Assembly (NCBI RefSeq): GCF_963921235.1
Contig: NC_086108.1
Location: forward strand, 98,024,001 to 98,088,000
Length of the DNA: 64,000 nucleotides
Reading direction: 5' to 3'
Source: Mobula hypostoma
Lineage: Eukaryota
The notes beneath the pieces are model-generated. The model did no database searches. It saw only the letters and a list, made by a program, of their open reading frames with translations, and was not told where the DNA came from. Of the stretch, positions 1-14,003 are shown piece after piece. Position 1 is the stretch's first letter; each line of letters opens with the position of its first letter. The translations under genes were made by a program, and so were the position numbers.

Positions 1-956
1 TATTCGAATGATGGGTCTGCTCTCTCTACCAACGAGCAGATATTTCCAGCTAAGAAAGTAGTTTAAAACACAGTTCATTTATTTTCAGTGATACAGGTTT
101 AAATCCACACAGCACAGCTAAAACTCACAGTGGATTTCTATCTTAAACATGTTCCATTTACAAACCATTTCTAAAACTCAAAGCATTTCTCAAACATAAA
201 CCATTTCTAAAACCCGAAAGATAAAGCACAAAGCACAAAGTATTTCTTAAGCTCAGAGGATTTCTCAAACACAAAGGATTTCCAAAACACAGGTACAATT
301 CATATAAACTAAAAAGACAAACTCGCAATGCACACAAACGCGTTGTCCTTCACAGAAACCAAAGCTCAAGGAATGGATTCAAGTTCACTAGAATGGATTC
401 TAGTTTCTTCCATGTTTCTTTTTGATGTTCCTTGCCCCATTCCTAATAAACCTGAACTGCTCTTGTACCCTCTTTCTCCCACTTGGGTGACTTCACATGC
501 ACTTATTCCTCAGATATCCTTTTAACGCAAGCAGTCTAAAAATATTTTTGAAGACATAGACCTCAGCATAATGTCTACAGTTCATAGTTAATGCTGTAAA
601 GCTAACTTCCTTGAGTATATAAATCCTTCTGTTATTGGTATGCTAAATGATATTATCCATCTGTTCTGCAAACTTCCTTGAACTTAAGAGTCTGCTTATC
701 TATTTGAAACAACCCAAACTAAACAACCCATGGTCTTATACTGTATCACAAGCAGTAAGATAGGATGCTGGGTGCTAGCATCTGCTTTTACACAGAGCGT
801 CTGCAAAATACAGAGCTTGTTTGCAAAGCTATTCTATAGATGATACTTTAACTTCAAACTGGTTACTGTTTCTATTTACATATTATGAACTGAAGACTCG
901 ACTTCTATTTACGATTAGAAATTAAACAATGCAATATTCGTTGGAAGTTTACTACA
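1..956 (-). mobile_element. Possible LTR (ERV/Gypsy-like), running off the left edge
   Basis: The minus strand begins TGTAGTAAAC at 956, has AATAAA at 78-83, and has short internal repeats (aaccatttctaaaac x2). No second terminus or TSD is visible. Confidence 0.3.
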
Positions 957-1821
957 TCTGTTTTTGATGTTACAAATAGCAGCTGTATTTAGAAAGCAAG
1001 TTTAGCAGGATCTCACAGGATAGTGAACATCCATCACAAAAGCATGTGCCACGAGGCTCAAGAGCAGTTTCTATCCCACTGTTATAAGATATCCCATGGT
1101 TCTCTAGTATGATATGATGGATTCTTGACTTCACAACCTATCTTGCGGTGACCTTTCATCACATTGAATGTCACACGGCACTTTCTATATATTTTCCTTT
1201 TAGTGACATGATTTATAATGATAACATATAGAACATACATAGAACATAGAAGATAGAATAGTACAGCACAGTACAGGCCCTTCGGCCCACAGTGTTGTGC
1301 TGACCCTCAAACCCTGCCTCCCATATAAGCCCCCACCTTAAATTCCTCCATATACCTGTCTAGTAGTCTCTTAAACTTCACTAGTGTATCTGCCTCTACC
1401 ACTGACTCGGGCAGTGCATTCTATGCACCAACCACTCTCTGAGTAAAAAACCTGCCTCTGATATCCCCCTTGAACTTCCCACGCCTTACCTTAAAGTCAT
1501 GTCCTCTTGTATTGAGCAGTGGTGCCCTCGAGAAGAGGCGCTGGCTATCCACTCTATCTATTCCTCTTATTATCTTGTACACCTCTATCATGTCTCCTCT
1601 CATCCCCCTTCTCTCCAAAGAGTAAAGCCCTAGCTCCCATAATCTCTGATCATAGTGCATACACTCTAAATCAGGCAGCATCCTGGTAAATCTCTTCTGT
1701 ACCCTTTCCAATGCTTCCACATCTTTCCTATAATGAGGCGACCAGATCTGGACGCAATGCTCCAAGTGTGGCCTAACCAGAGTTTTATAGAGCTGCATCA
1801 TTACATCGAGACTCTTAAACT

Positions 1822-3360
1822 CTATCCCTTGACTATGAAAGCTAACACCCCATAAGCCTTCTTAACTACCCTATTCACCTGTGAAGCAACTTTCAGGGAT
1901 CTGTGGACATGTACCCCCAGATCCCTCTGCTTCTCCATACTACCAAGTATCCTGCCATTTACTTTGTACTCTGCCTTGGAGTTTGTCCTTCCAAAGTGTA
2001 CCACCTCACACTCCTCCGGGTTGAACTCCATCTGCCACTTCTCAGCCCACTTCTGCATCCTATCAACGTCTCTCTGCAATCTTTGGCAATCCTCTACACT
2101 ATTTGCAATGCCACCAACCTTTGTGTCATCTGCAAACTTGCCAACCCACCCTTCTACCCCCATATCCAGGTCGTTAATAAAAATCACGAAAAGTAGAGGT
2201 CCCAGAACAGATCCTTGTGGGACACCACTAGTCACAACCCTCCATTCTGAATGTACTCCATTAATCACGACCCTCTGCCTTCTGCAGGCAAGCCAATTCT
2301 GAATCCACCTGGCCAAACTTCCCTGGATCCCATGCCTTCTGACTTTCTGAATAAGCATACCGTGTGGAACCTTGTCAAATGCCTTACTAAAATCCATATA
2401 GATCACATCCACTACACTACCCTCATCTATATGCCTGGTCACCTCCTCAAAGAACTCTATCAGACTTGTTAGACACGATCTGCCCTTCACAAAGCCATGC
2501 TGTCTGTCCCTGCTCAGACCATGATTCTCTAAATGCCCAGAGATCCTATCTCTACAAATCTTTTCCAACAGCTTTCTCACCACAGACATAAGGCTCACTG
2601 GTCTATAATTACCCGGACTATCCCTACTACCTTTTTTGAACAAGGGGACAACATTCGCCTCCCTCCAATCCTCCGGTACCATTCCCATGGACAACAAGGA
2701 CATAAAGATCCTAGCCAGAGGCTCAGCAATCTCTTCCCTCACCTCATGGAGCAGCCTGGGGAATATTCTGTCAGGCCCCGGGAACTTATCCGTCCTAATG
2801 TATTTTATCAACTTCAACACCGCCTCTCCCTTAATATCAACATGCTCCAGAACATCAACCTCACTCATGTTGTCCTCACCATCATCAAGTTCCCTCTCAT
2901 TGGTGAACACCGAAGAGAAGTATTCATTGAGGACCTTGCTCACTTCCACAGCCTCCAGGCACATCTTCCCACCTTTATCTCTAATCGGTCCTACCTTCAC
3001 TCCTGTCATCCTTTTTTTCTTCACATAATTGAAGAATGCCTTGGGGTTTTCCTTTACCCTACTCGCCAAGGCCTTCTCATGTCCCCTTCTTGCTCTTCTC
3101 AGCTCCTTCTTAAGCTCCTTTCTTGCTTCCCTATATTCCTCAATAGACCCATCTGATCCTTGCTTCCTAAACCTCATGTATCCTGCCTTCTTCCACCTGA
3201 TTAGATTTTCCACCTCACTTGTCACCCATGGTTCCTTCACCCTACCATTCTTTATCTTCCTCACCGGGACAAATTTATCCCTTACATCCCGCAAGAGATC
3301 TCTAAACATCAACCACATATCCATAGTACATTTCCCTGCAAAAACAGCATCCCAATTCAT
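1822..3360 (-). pseudogene. CR1 ORF2 reverse-transcriptase segment (512-aa open fragment)
   Basis: RT motifs present; frameshifts at both ends (continues in 3357-3578 and 1421-1801). Confidence 0.9.
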
Positions 3361-4492
3361 ACGGCAAGTTCTAACCTTATAGCCTCATAATTTGCCCTTC
3401 CCCAATTAAAAATTTTCCTGTCCTCTCTGATTCTATCCTTTTCCATGATAATGCTAAAGGCCAGGGAGCAGTGGTCGCTATCCCCCAGATGCTCAACCAC
3501 TGAGAGATCTGCGACCTGACCCGGTTCATTACCTAGTACTAGATCTAGTATGGCATTCCCCCTAGTCGGCCTGTCCACATACTGTGACAGGAATCCGTTC
3601 TGGACACACTTAACAAACTCTGCCCCATCTAAACCCTTGGAACTAATCAGGTGTCAATCAATATTAGGGAAGTTAAAGTCACCCATGATAACAACCCTGT
3701 TATTTTTGCACCTTTCCAAAATCTGCCTCCCAATCTGCTCCTCTGTATCTCTGCTGCTACCAGGGGGCCTATAGAATACCTCCAACAGAGTAACTACTCC
3801 CTTCTTGTTCCTGACTTCCACCCATACTGACTCAAAAGAGGATCCTGCTACATTACCCACCCTTTCTGTAGCTGTAATAGTATCCCTGACCAGTAATGCC
3901 ACCCCTCCTCCCCTTTTCTCCCCTCTCTATCCCTTCTAAAGCACTGAAATCCAGGAATATTGAGAATCCATTCCTGCCCTGGTGCCAGCCAATTCTCTGT
4001 AATGGCCACTACATCATAATTCCATGTATGTATCCAAGCTCTCAGTTCATCACCTTTGTTCCTGATGCTCCTTGCATTGAGGTACACACATTTCAGCCCT
4101 TCTACCTTACTGTCTTTACACCATTTATTCTGCTTCTCTTTCCTCAAAACGTCTCTATATGTTAGATCTGGCTTTACTCCATGCACTTCTTTCACTGCTC
4201 TATCGCTCCGGGTCCCATTCCCCTTGCAAATTAGTTTAAACCCTCCCGAACCATGCTAGCAAACCTACCTGCAAGGATATTGCTCCCCCTCGAGTTCAGG
4301 TGCAACCCATCCAATCTGTACAGGTCCCACCGTCCCCAGAAGAGATCCCAATGATCCAAAAATCTAAAACCCTGCTCCCTGCACCAACTCCTCAGCCACG
4401 CATTCCACTGCCATCTCCTCCAATTCTTACCATCACTGTCACGTAGCACTGGCAGCAATCTTGAGAACGCCACCCTTGAAGTCCTGTTCTTC

Positions 4493-5904
4493 TGTGACTG
4501 GTAAGCCTGACATCGGTGGTGGGAAAAATGTTAGAGTCAGTTATCAAAGATGTGATAACAGCACATTTGGAAAGCGGTGAAATCATCGGACAAAGTCAAC
4601 ATGGATTTGTGAAACGAAAATCATGTCTGTCGAATCTCATAGAATTTTTTGAGGATGTAACTAGTAGAGTGGATAGGGGAGAACCAGTGGATGTGGTATA
4701 TTTGGATTTTCAAAAGGCTTTTGACAAGGTCCCACACAGGAGATTAGTGTGCAAACTTAAAGCACACGGTATTGGAGGTAAGGTATTGATGTGGATAGAG
4801 AATTGGTTGGCAGACAGGAAGCAAAGAGTGGGAATAAACGGGACCTTTTAAGAATGGCAGGCAGTGACTTGTGGGGTACCGCAAGGCTCAGTGCTGGGAC
4901 CCCAGTTGTTTACAATGTATATTAGTGACTTGGATGAGGGAATTGAATGCAGCATCTCCGAGTTTGCGGATGACACGAAGTTGGGCGGCAGTGTTAGCTG
5001 TGAGGAGGATGCTAAGAGGATGCAGGGTGACTTGGATAGGTTAGATGAGTGGGCAAATTCATGGCAGATGCAATTTAATGTGGATAAATGTGAGGTTATC
5101 CACTTTGGTGGCAAAAACAGGAAAACAGATTATTATCTGAATGGTGGCCGATTAGGAAAAGGGGAGGTGCAGTGAGATCTGGGTGTTATTGTACACCACT
5201 CATTGAAAGTGGGCATGCAGGTACAGCAGGCGGTGAAAAAGGCGAATGGTATGCTGGCATTCATAGCAAGAGGATTTGAGTACAGGAGCAGGGAGGTTCT
5301 ACTGCAGTTGTACAAGGCCTTGGTGAGACCACACCTGGAGTATTGTGTGCAGTTTTGGTCCCCTAATCTGAGGAAAGACATTCTTGCCATAAAGGGAGTA
5401 CAAAGAAGGTTCACCAGATTGATTCCTGGGATGGCAGGACTTTCATGTGATGAAAGACTGGATCGACTAGGCTTGTACTCCCTGGAATTTAGAAGATTGA
5501 GGGGGGATCTGATTGAAATGTACAAAGTTCTAAAGGGATTGGACAGGCTAGATGCAGGAAGATTGTTCCCGAAGTTGGGGAAGTCCAGAACGAGGGGTCA
5601 CAGTTTGAGGATAAAGGGGAAGCCTTTTAGGACCGAGATGAGGAAAAACTTCTTCACACAGAGAGTGGTGAACCTGTGGAATTCTCTGCCACAGGAAACA
5701 GTTGAGGCCAGTTCGTTTGCTATATTTAAGAGGGAGTTAGATATGGCTCTTGTGGCTAAAGGGATCAGCGGGTATGGAGAAAAGGCAGGTACAGGGTTCT
5801 GAGTTGGATGATCAGCCATGATCGTACTGAATGGCGGTGCAGGCTCGAAGGGCCAAATGGCCTACTCCTGCACCTATTTTCTATGTTTCTATGTTTCTAT
5901 GTTC
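4493..5904 (+). mobile_element. 5'-truncated CR1 LINE nested in ORF1 of the 1223-6700 element
   Basis: RT fragments (YLDFQKAFDKVPH, GVPQGSVLGP, FADD) with in-frame stops; (TTTCTATG)n tail. Host ORF1 rejoins across it as RRLKNRTSRVAF. Confidence 0.93.
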
Positions 5905-6827
5905 CAGCCTTCTGCCTAGTTCCCGAAACTCACACTTCAGGACCTCATCCCTCTTCCTGCATATGTCGTTGGTACCAACATGTATCACGACTTCTGGTTG
6001 CTTTCCCTCTCATACCAGGATGTCGTGCACCCGGTCAGAGACATCCCGGACCCTGGCACCCGGGAGGCAACAAACCATGTGGGTGTCCTTCTCACGTCCA
6101 CAAAATCTCCTGTCTGCTCCCCTGACTATAGAGTCTCCAATGACGATAGCTCTCCTCTTCTCCATCCCACCCTTCTGCACCATAGGGTCAAACTCAGTGC
6201 CGGAGGCCCTGCCACCATGGCTCACACCTGGTCAGTCATCCCCGCCAACAGTATCCAAGACGGTAAACTTATTATTCAGGGGAATGACTACAGGGGTGCT
6301 CTGCACTACCTGTCTGCTCACCTTCGCTTTCCCCCCTCTGACTGTCACCCAACGACCTGCTTCCGACAGCCGAGGTGTGACTACCTCCCTGTAGCCCTCA
6401 TCTATGACTGCCTCATTCTCCCTTATGAGTGGAAGGTCATCCAGCTGCTGCTCCAGATTCCTTATACGGTCTTCCAAATCGCCCAGCCGTATGCACTTCT
6501 GGCAGATGTGACTCTGCGGCAGAGGGGCGTTCCCCCAAGACTGCCACATCTCACATGAGAGGCACATCACCGTCTCAGGAGACGTTGTAAAGACCAACTG
6601 CAACTAAGCTTGTCCTCCGCCTCTTCTCGTCGAAGCCTCTCGAGTCAAAGCCTCCAAGCTCCACTCCTTCACTGGCCCACTCACTCACTGGCCGCTTTCC
6701 ATATGAATCAATGCTTTTCACTGTACATATGACAATAATAAACCAATTCCATCTTCCAAGGAACCATTCAGCAGCAGGATAGAAGCTGTTTCTGAACAGG
6801 TATATCTGGGTTTTGTATCTTCTGCAA

Positions 6828-7536
6828 AGAAAGCCCAGCAGCACCTCTACTTTCTCAGGAGTTTGTGAAGGTTCAGCATGACATCTAAAACTTTGACAAA
6901 CTTCTGTGGATGTGCTGTGAAGAGTATATTGACTGGTTGCATTATGGTCTGGTATGGAAACACCAATGCAGTTGAACAGAAAGGCCTACATGAAGTAGTG
7001 GATATGGCCCAGTCCATCACAGGTAAAGCCCTCCCCACCATTAAGCACATCTACATGGAGCACTGTCGCTGGAAGGCTGCATCCGTCATTAAGGATCCCC
7101 ACCATCCAGGCCATGTTCTCTTCTTGCTGCTGCCATCAGGAACAAGGTGCAGGAGTCCCAGGATCCACACTACCAGGTTCTGGAACAGTTATTACCCTTC
7201 AAACATCAGCTTCTTGAACCAGAGGGTATAACTTTACTCTCTTCAACACTGAACTGTCCCCACAACATATGGACTCATGACCAAGGACTCTTCATCTCAT
7301 GTTCTTGATGTTTATTGCTTATTTATTACTATTATTATTATTATGATGTTTATTTTTTTTCTTTTTGTATTAACACAGTTTGTTGTGTTCTACACATTGG
7401 ACATCCATCTTGTGCACAGTTTTTCATTCATTCTATTGTCTTTCTTACTGTGAATGCCCACAAGAAAATGAATCTCAGGGTAGTATATGGTGACATATAT
7501 GCACTTTGATAATAAATTTACTTTGAACTCTGAACT
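6828..7536 (+). mobile_element. Rex1/Babar (L2-group)-like LINE 3' fragment
   Basis: KAQQHLYFLR...TLTNF..AVKSILTGCI.VWYGN...DPHHPGH (DUF1891-type RT C-terminus). Tail gataataaatttactttgaact. Confidence 0.75.
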
Positions 7537-8899
7537 TCACTCAGTGGGAGAGGGAAAAGAGAGAAGGTCTCGGATGGGTGGGGTCTTTGATAATGTTGTC
7601 TGCATTACTGGGGCAATACTGCTTTTTGTTGTGTTACAATTGAACACATTTTTGCCCAGCATAAACCAGATTTGCTTTTATATTTTGAGCATGAAATCAT
7701 AAAGACAGTCTTAAATCAAAGAATTTCAGGGACTAAGCTTTACCAAAAAGATATCAAGTGGAAGAATTGTCCTTATTTTAAGTGTGGTAATATGTTGTGA
7801 TTCTTGAATATTCCTTGGGCTGGAGTTTCTGCTGCTTTCAGAGGAATTTTTATACAGGTTCTTACGCAGGATCCCAATGCTCACCAACAGAGCAGCATGG
7901 TTCACTTTGTCAAATTTTTTTACAGTTAGCTCTCAGTTAATCATGTGTGGATAAGAACCGTGTTGCTCAAAAAAAAACCTACCGTTTCTTTAATGCTTAA
8001 AGAAAAATCAATTTCAAGTCAAGATCAGTATCAGACCTTGGAAACAGTCTTTGCTTGAGCATACGTACATCCTTTGGCCAAGAAAACATTGTCTTAGTCT
8101 ATTCGTTGATATCTGCCAGACATGCTCGGAGAGGATCACATGGAGACAGCAGTAGTACGATCACCCGAGTCGATTATGATGTTCTCCTAAGGGGGTGTTT
8201 ATTAGTGGCTCCTCACTCAGGTGGCTGTAGATTCTGCTCTGGGAGCCACATATTCTGGTGCAGTGTGGGTAAGAATAAGTGGTGGCTGTGGTTAATGGTT
8301 GCGACTTTTTGTTGCTCAGCCTCTCCTTTCAAGTTGCTGCTTGTTCTCTGGTTACAGTGGATTAATGGAGAATTCCTGTGTGTGACTTTGCTGGTGCGCG
8401 GGCATCCACCACTTAGTCCTTGACAGATCAGGATCAGAGTCCAATGGCATGGAGCGCAAGATGCCCCTTCACGGCCGCAATCTTTCTCCGCCTTCACTGC
8501 CGTTGGGATGTGTCAACATCTTCCAGCAGCTCCACCATTGAGGCCTTGGCTGAATTGATCCAACCTTCCCCCTTGATGGTCTGCAACTGGGAAAGGTTTA
8601 AGATGGAAATCCTCTGAGTTTTTAATGTGTTTTAAGAGAGATGAGTGGATTTAAATGTGTATCACTGAAAACAAATGAACTGTGTCTTAAACTGCTTTGT
8701 TAGCTTGGCAGGGAGAGGGAACCTCCCGCTTGATGCTACCAGGAGCTGTCAGGATCTCAGGAACACAAAAGCCTCTACATTACAATCCTCCGAGAAGCAA
8801 AGAGACGGTAGCCCGGAATCATATCTCTTTCAAATACCTCCCTCAGCTTGTTTGGAAGGTGCTTATTCTCAACTCAGTACTGGGCTGGGACAAGGGGTG

Positions 8900-11800
8900 A
8901 AGATTGCAGGAGTAAAGGTGCTCTGCTTAAAAGCGCGTAGCATTCGGAATAAGGTGGACAAACTCATGGCGCCATTAGAGGTTGGTTGGTATGTGCCACA
9001 ACCATGGATTCGACAGTGCAGTAGATAAAGCAATTGCGTTTGTGAATTTGCACATGTCAGCTAATTATTATTCAATCATGATAGCCTTTAATTCCATACT
9101 TGTCGTCGGAGTACTTGTGGAGACTTGGACAGAGCATAGCAACGTTTCGCTGCTGTTTGCCTTCAGCCTTCCCTGAGATATTGGACTTTCAAGTCAAATG
9201 ACTCTGAAGACTAGCAGTATTCGTTTAACGTTTAAATGTTCCTTTCAGCCACAGTGCAGGCTTCATGTTCCTTTCGAGAGTTTTAGTTAACGGCCCTGTT
9301 TGGCCCAGCATTTATTGTTTATTTTCCCTTTAACACTGTTCGTATTAAAGCCTGAGAGCTATCGACCTGCTTCAGTGAGTTTCACTCCACACTTGGGCCA
9401 TCTCCGAACCAAGTCACAGTATGACATAGTGGACATCACAGAGTCGTAGCTGAAAGAAGGCCATAGTTGGGAGTTTAACATCAAAGGATATACTTTGTAT
9501 CGAAAGAACAGGCAGGAAGGCATAGGTGGTGGTGTGGCTCTGTTGGTAAGAGATGGAATTACATCTTTAGAAAGCGGTGACATTGAGTCAGGGAATGTTG
9601 AATCTTTGTGGGTGGAGCTAAGAAACTGTAAGGGTAAAAAACCCATTATGGGAATCATATATAGGCCTCCAAATAGTAGCCAAGGTGTGGGGTTGAGATT
9701 ACAAAGGGAGCTGGAAAGGGCATGGATTAACAGTAATGTCACAATTGTAATGGGGGACTTCAATATGCAAAGGGATTGGGAAAAGCAGGTTGGAGTCTGA
9801 TTGCAAGAAAGGAAATTTGTTGAATGTCTACAAGATGGCTTTTTTAGAGCAGCTTGTGCATGAGCCTGCTAGGGGAAAGGCTATCGTAGATTCGGTGTTT
9901 TGTAGTTAGTCAGCTTAATGTCAAGGAACCCTTAGGAGGCAGTGATCATAATATGATTGAATTTATACTGCAATTTGAGAGGAAGAAGCATAAGTCACAT
10001 GTATCAGTGTCACAATGGAATAAAGGGAATTACAGAGGCATGAGAGAGGAGCTTGCTCAGGTGGATTGGAGGAGGATTCTGGCAGGGATGATGGCAGAAG
10101 TTTCTGAGAATAGTTCACAAAGCAGAGGAGGAAGTTCTCAAGTGGCAGAGGTAGGCAACTGTGGCTGACAAAGGAAGTTTGGGACTGCATAAAAGCCAAG
10201 GAAAGGGCATATAATGTAGCAAAAGCAAGGGGGAAGTTGGACAATTGGAAAGCTTTTAAAGTCCAACAAAAGGCAACTAAGAAAAAGCTATAAGAAGGGA
10301 AAAGATGAAATATAAAGGCAAACTAGCCAATAATATAAAGCAGGATACTAAGTATTTTCAGTTATATAAAGAATAAAAGGGAGGTGAGAGTTGATATTGT
10401 ACCATTGGAAAATGATGCTGGTGAGGTAGTAATGGGGGACAAAGAAATGGCAGATGAACTTAGTAAGTACTTTGCTTCAGTCTTTACACTAGCTGTATGC
10501 CACGGGTTCATGAGTGTCAGGGAGCAGGAGTGAGTGCTGTTGCTATTGCAAAGAAAAAAGTGCCAGGCAAACTGAAAGATCATAAAGCTAGATAAGTCAC
10601 CTGGACCAGACAGACTACATCCTAGAGTCCTGAGGGAAGTTGCTTACAAGATAATGGATGCATTGGTCATAATCTTTCAAGATTCACTTGATTCTGGTAC
10701 GGTCCTGGAGGACCGGAAAATTGTAAATTGTACACTCTTTAAGAATGGTTCGACTAATCTCAGTGGTTGGGAAAATGTTCTAGTCCATTATTGAGGATGA
10801 GGTATCAGGGTAGTTGGAGATTAGTGAGAAAATAAGACAAAGTCAGCATGGTTTCTGTAAAGGGAAATCTTGCCTGACAAATCTGCTAGAATTCTTCGAG
10901 GAAGTAACAAGCTGGGTGAACAAAGAGGCAGTGGATATCACTTATTTAGATTTTCAGAAGATATTTGGTAAGGTGCCTCACATAAGGCTGCTTAACAAGA
11001 TAAAGCCTACAGTGTTGCAGGAAATATACTGGTATGGATAGCAGAATGGCTGACAGGCAGGAGGCAGTGAGCAGGAATAAAGACGGCCTTCTCTGGTTGG
11101 CTGCCAGTGACTAGTGGTGTTCCTCAGGGGTCAGTATTGGGACTGATACTTTTCACATTGTTTGTCAATGATTTAAATTGTGGAGTTGATGGCTTTGTGA
11201 CAAAGTTTGTGGATGATGCGAAGATAGGTGGAGGGGTAGGTAGTGCTGAGGAAGCAACGTGATCTCAGCAGGACTTAACTTAGAAAATGGGCAAAAAAGT
11301 GGCAGATGGAGTGCAGTGCTGGACTCCCAGAAGGTTAATTCACAGGTTGAGTCTGTGGTAAAGAAGGCAAATGCAATGTTGGCATTTATTTCAAGGGGAA
11401 GTAGAATATAAAAGCAAGGAGATAAAGCTGAAGCTTTATAGGACACTTGTCAGGCCGCACTTGGAGTATAGTCAATAGTTTTGGGCCCCTTATCTCGGAA
11501 AGGATGTATTGGCATTGGAAAAAGTCCAGAGAAGGCTCATGAGGATGATTCCAGGAATGAAGGGGTTAACATATAAGGAGAATTTGGCAGCTTTGGGCCT
11601 GTACTCACTGGAATTCCAAAGAATGCATGGGGACCTCATTGAAACCTACTGAATGTTGAAAGGACTAGAAGGGTAGATATGGAGAGGATGGTCCCTCTGG
11701 TAGGATAAGCAGAACTAGGGGTCACAGCCTCAAAACTGATGGGTGACCTTTTAGAACAGAAGTAAAGAAGATTTTTTTTTTAGCCAGAGAGTAGCGAATC

Positions 11801-12005
11801 TGTGAAATGCTCGGCCACAGACTGCGGTGGAGGCCAAGCATACTTAAAGCAGAAGTTGATTGCCGATTGGTCGGGCCATCAAGGGATATGGTGAGATGGG
11901 AAGGCGGATGGGGTTGAACGCAATCCAGGATCAGCCATGATAAAATGGCGGAGCACACTCAACAGGCTGAATGGTCTAATTCTGCTCCTACGTCTTATGG
12001 TCTTA
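8900..12005 (+). mobile_element. Degraded CR1 ORF2 (APE + RT + 3'UTR)
   Basis: KARSIRNKVD, YRPPN, MGDFN, QHGF, YLDFQK fragments with many stops and indels; CR1 3' end at about 11930-12005. Confidence 0.85.
8994..9418 (+). mobile_element. Solo LTR (family A, about 425 bp) inserted in CR1
   Basis: TGCCAC...GTCACA termini, 5-bp TSD GTATG (8989-8993 / 9419-9423), ATTAAA near 9344. Homologous copy at 15367-16672. Confidence 0.8.
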
Positions 12006-13184
12006 AGTGTCACCCACAAGAGCTTCAAGCCCTAACCCTGCCAAAGAAAACCACCTTCATATTTTCGCTTCATTGACTCGTCACCAGATAAAATGATTTT
12101 GCTTTATGTTACATCTCAATCCAATCCATTGATCTGAAAAAAAAGTGGGCGGAAAATTGATCAAGCGTAATTCAGTAAAAGCCTCTCCGTGAGCAAGTTG
12201 GAGCTGGGAGACTGGAAGTGGGAGGTGCATTATGTCTAGAAAAGCTCTCATGATCCCCCTGTATTCTCCGTTGGCTTAAAACTTTTGTTATTAGCACTCA
12301 TTGAAAACCTCACACACATCTACAGGATCTAAGGACACAGTCTGGTTCAGAATGTTGTCGTTCGCATGGTGGGTGTTTTATTGCCCTTTCTCTGTGCAGT
12401 GATTACGATCTTTCTTCTTGCTAATAAGGTTCTTCAGGTTTCTTGCTTTGTGGCTGCCTGTAAGCAAGAGAATCTCAAGGGTATAATTTATACATTCTTT
12501 GATAATAAATGTACTTGATTTGATTTAACTTTAAAACCAATATACTGTATTTAAAGGTGCTGTTATTAGTCAAATTATCCGTCTTTAGCAGACTGAAGCT
12601 CTGTTGTAAGTTTATTTGACTTAATGTCAGATCATGCAATTAACCAGTTGGACTATGAATGGGGAACTTTCATCCTAAGTGCCAGTTTTGCTGGGATTTT
12701 GAAAAGCTTGTCATGCTGGCAAATGGGACTGGATTTCATTGGAGTAGTTGGAGTAGTCGTTCTTTTGAGGGAAAACAAGCATTTCCACAGAGTAAGCGGC
12801 AAACAGGGAAGCAGGCGATGGAACTAGCTGTTATTCTTTGTCAGGCAGTGACTGACTAAACTGTGGGGCCCTTTTGAATACAGTGACAAATGTGCTGGGG
12901 TTGCACTGAAACACAAGCTAATACAAAAAACTGCTGGCCACATCATTCGCTCGGCAGAAGATGGGCTCTACTGCTGTTTATAACCTAGGGTTTTGGGACA
13001 CTTTTATTCCGTGATTGTGATACCATTTCTGCTTGTTATCTTCTGTGTGCTGTGCTGTGTGAGATTGTTGGTGCTGTGTTTTCCACCTTGACCCCATAGT
13101 AACGCTGTCTCGTTCAGCTGTATTCATGAGTATTCATGTACGGTTGAGTGACAATTACGTTTGAATTGAATTGAATTAGCTCTA

Positions 13185-13442
13185 CTTGTCACTTGTACAT
13201 CGAAGCATACAGTGAAATGTGTCGTCCACGTCAATGAACAACACAGTCCGAGGATGGGCTGGGGGCAGCCCAGAAATTTCGCCATGCTGCTGGTGCCGAC
13301 TTAGCAGGCCTGCAATTTACTACCGTAACCCGTACGACTTGTGGAACGTAGGAGGAAACCGGAGCACCTAGAGGAATGCTAAAATTTCACAGGGAGAACA
13401 TATAAATTCTTTACAGACAGCAGCAGGAATGGAACCCTGATC
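13185..13442 (-). mobile_element. tRNA-derived V-domain SINE (HE1-like)
   Basis: Reverse complement of the V-domain core (ggaggaaaccggagcacc), B-box-like end; similar to 18877-19142. Confidence 0.65.
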
Positions 13443-14003
13443 ACTGTGGTTGATGTAGGTTCAAAAGGAGATCAGATTGGGAAGGAGCTGAGGAAATGGG
13501 GGTGGATTTGAACAAGTCTTGAAAACAGCCAGCAATGTTCTAATTGACCAGGGTTAATCTGTTGTGTCTGAGACTGAACCTTGAAAAAATCAATTATTAT
13601 TTATTTGGCGAGATCCCGCTGATCTTTTCATTTATTGGGATATAAAGAATAGTTCCTTGGGAAAAGATTAAATAATAAAGTGTGACAGTTTTGTGGATGT
13701 GTGAGAATGGAGAAAAATGGGGAGAGGTGATGGTATTGGGTGAATTGGATGCACAGGACCAGCACAGACCTGACGGGTCTCGAGGTCTGTAATCTTTCTG
13801 TGATCCATGTCATTCCTACAGTGTAACATCACTAGAAGTATCTCGCATTGGTCAATCAAGGCATCGTGGGCAGCTTAAGTGAGCACTAAGCAATGATGCC
13901 CAGTCTAGTAAACTTCAGCAGCACAAAACAAGTCTTGGATGAGGAAACAAGAAAGCAGAAAAAGTCAGATATTGCAGAGAAGATGTATAAAGCTTGAGAT
14001 AAA

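Larger units (their letters stand above)
1223..6700 (-). mobile_element. Essentially full-length CR1-clade LINE (5'UTR, ORF1 Zn-finger/coiled-coil/SGNH esterase, ORF2 APE+RT), frameshifted and interrupted
   Basis: ORF1: CLSC..HICQKC, IVIGDSIVRG, HVGTND, DGLHLN (6603-4231). ORF2: YLNARSIRNK, MGDFNFP, SDH, DFSKAFDKV, GVPQGSVLGP, KFADD (4195-1421). TTCTATG-like 3' microsatellite at about 1223-1262. Confidence 0.95.

Noticed and set aside
1903..3382. Several plus-strand ORFs of 70-207 aa
   Set aside because: Antisense frames of CR1 ORF2.
8100..8560. Possible RTE 5'UTR-like or structured RNA segment
   Set aside because: Resemblance is too vague; no ends, TSD or conserved fold could be established by eye.
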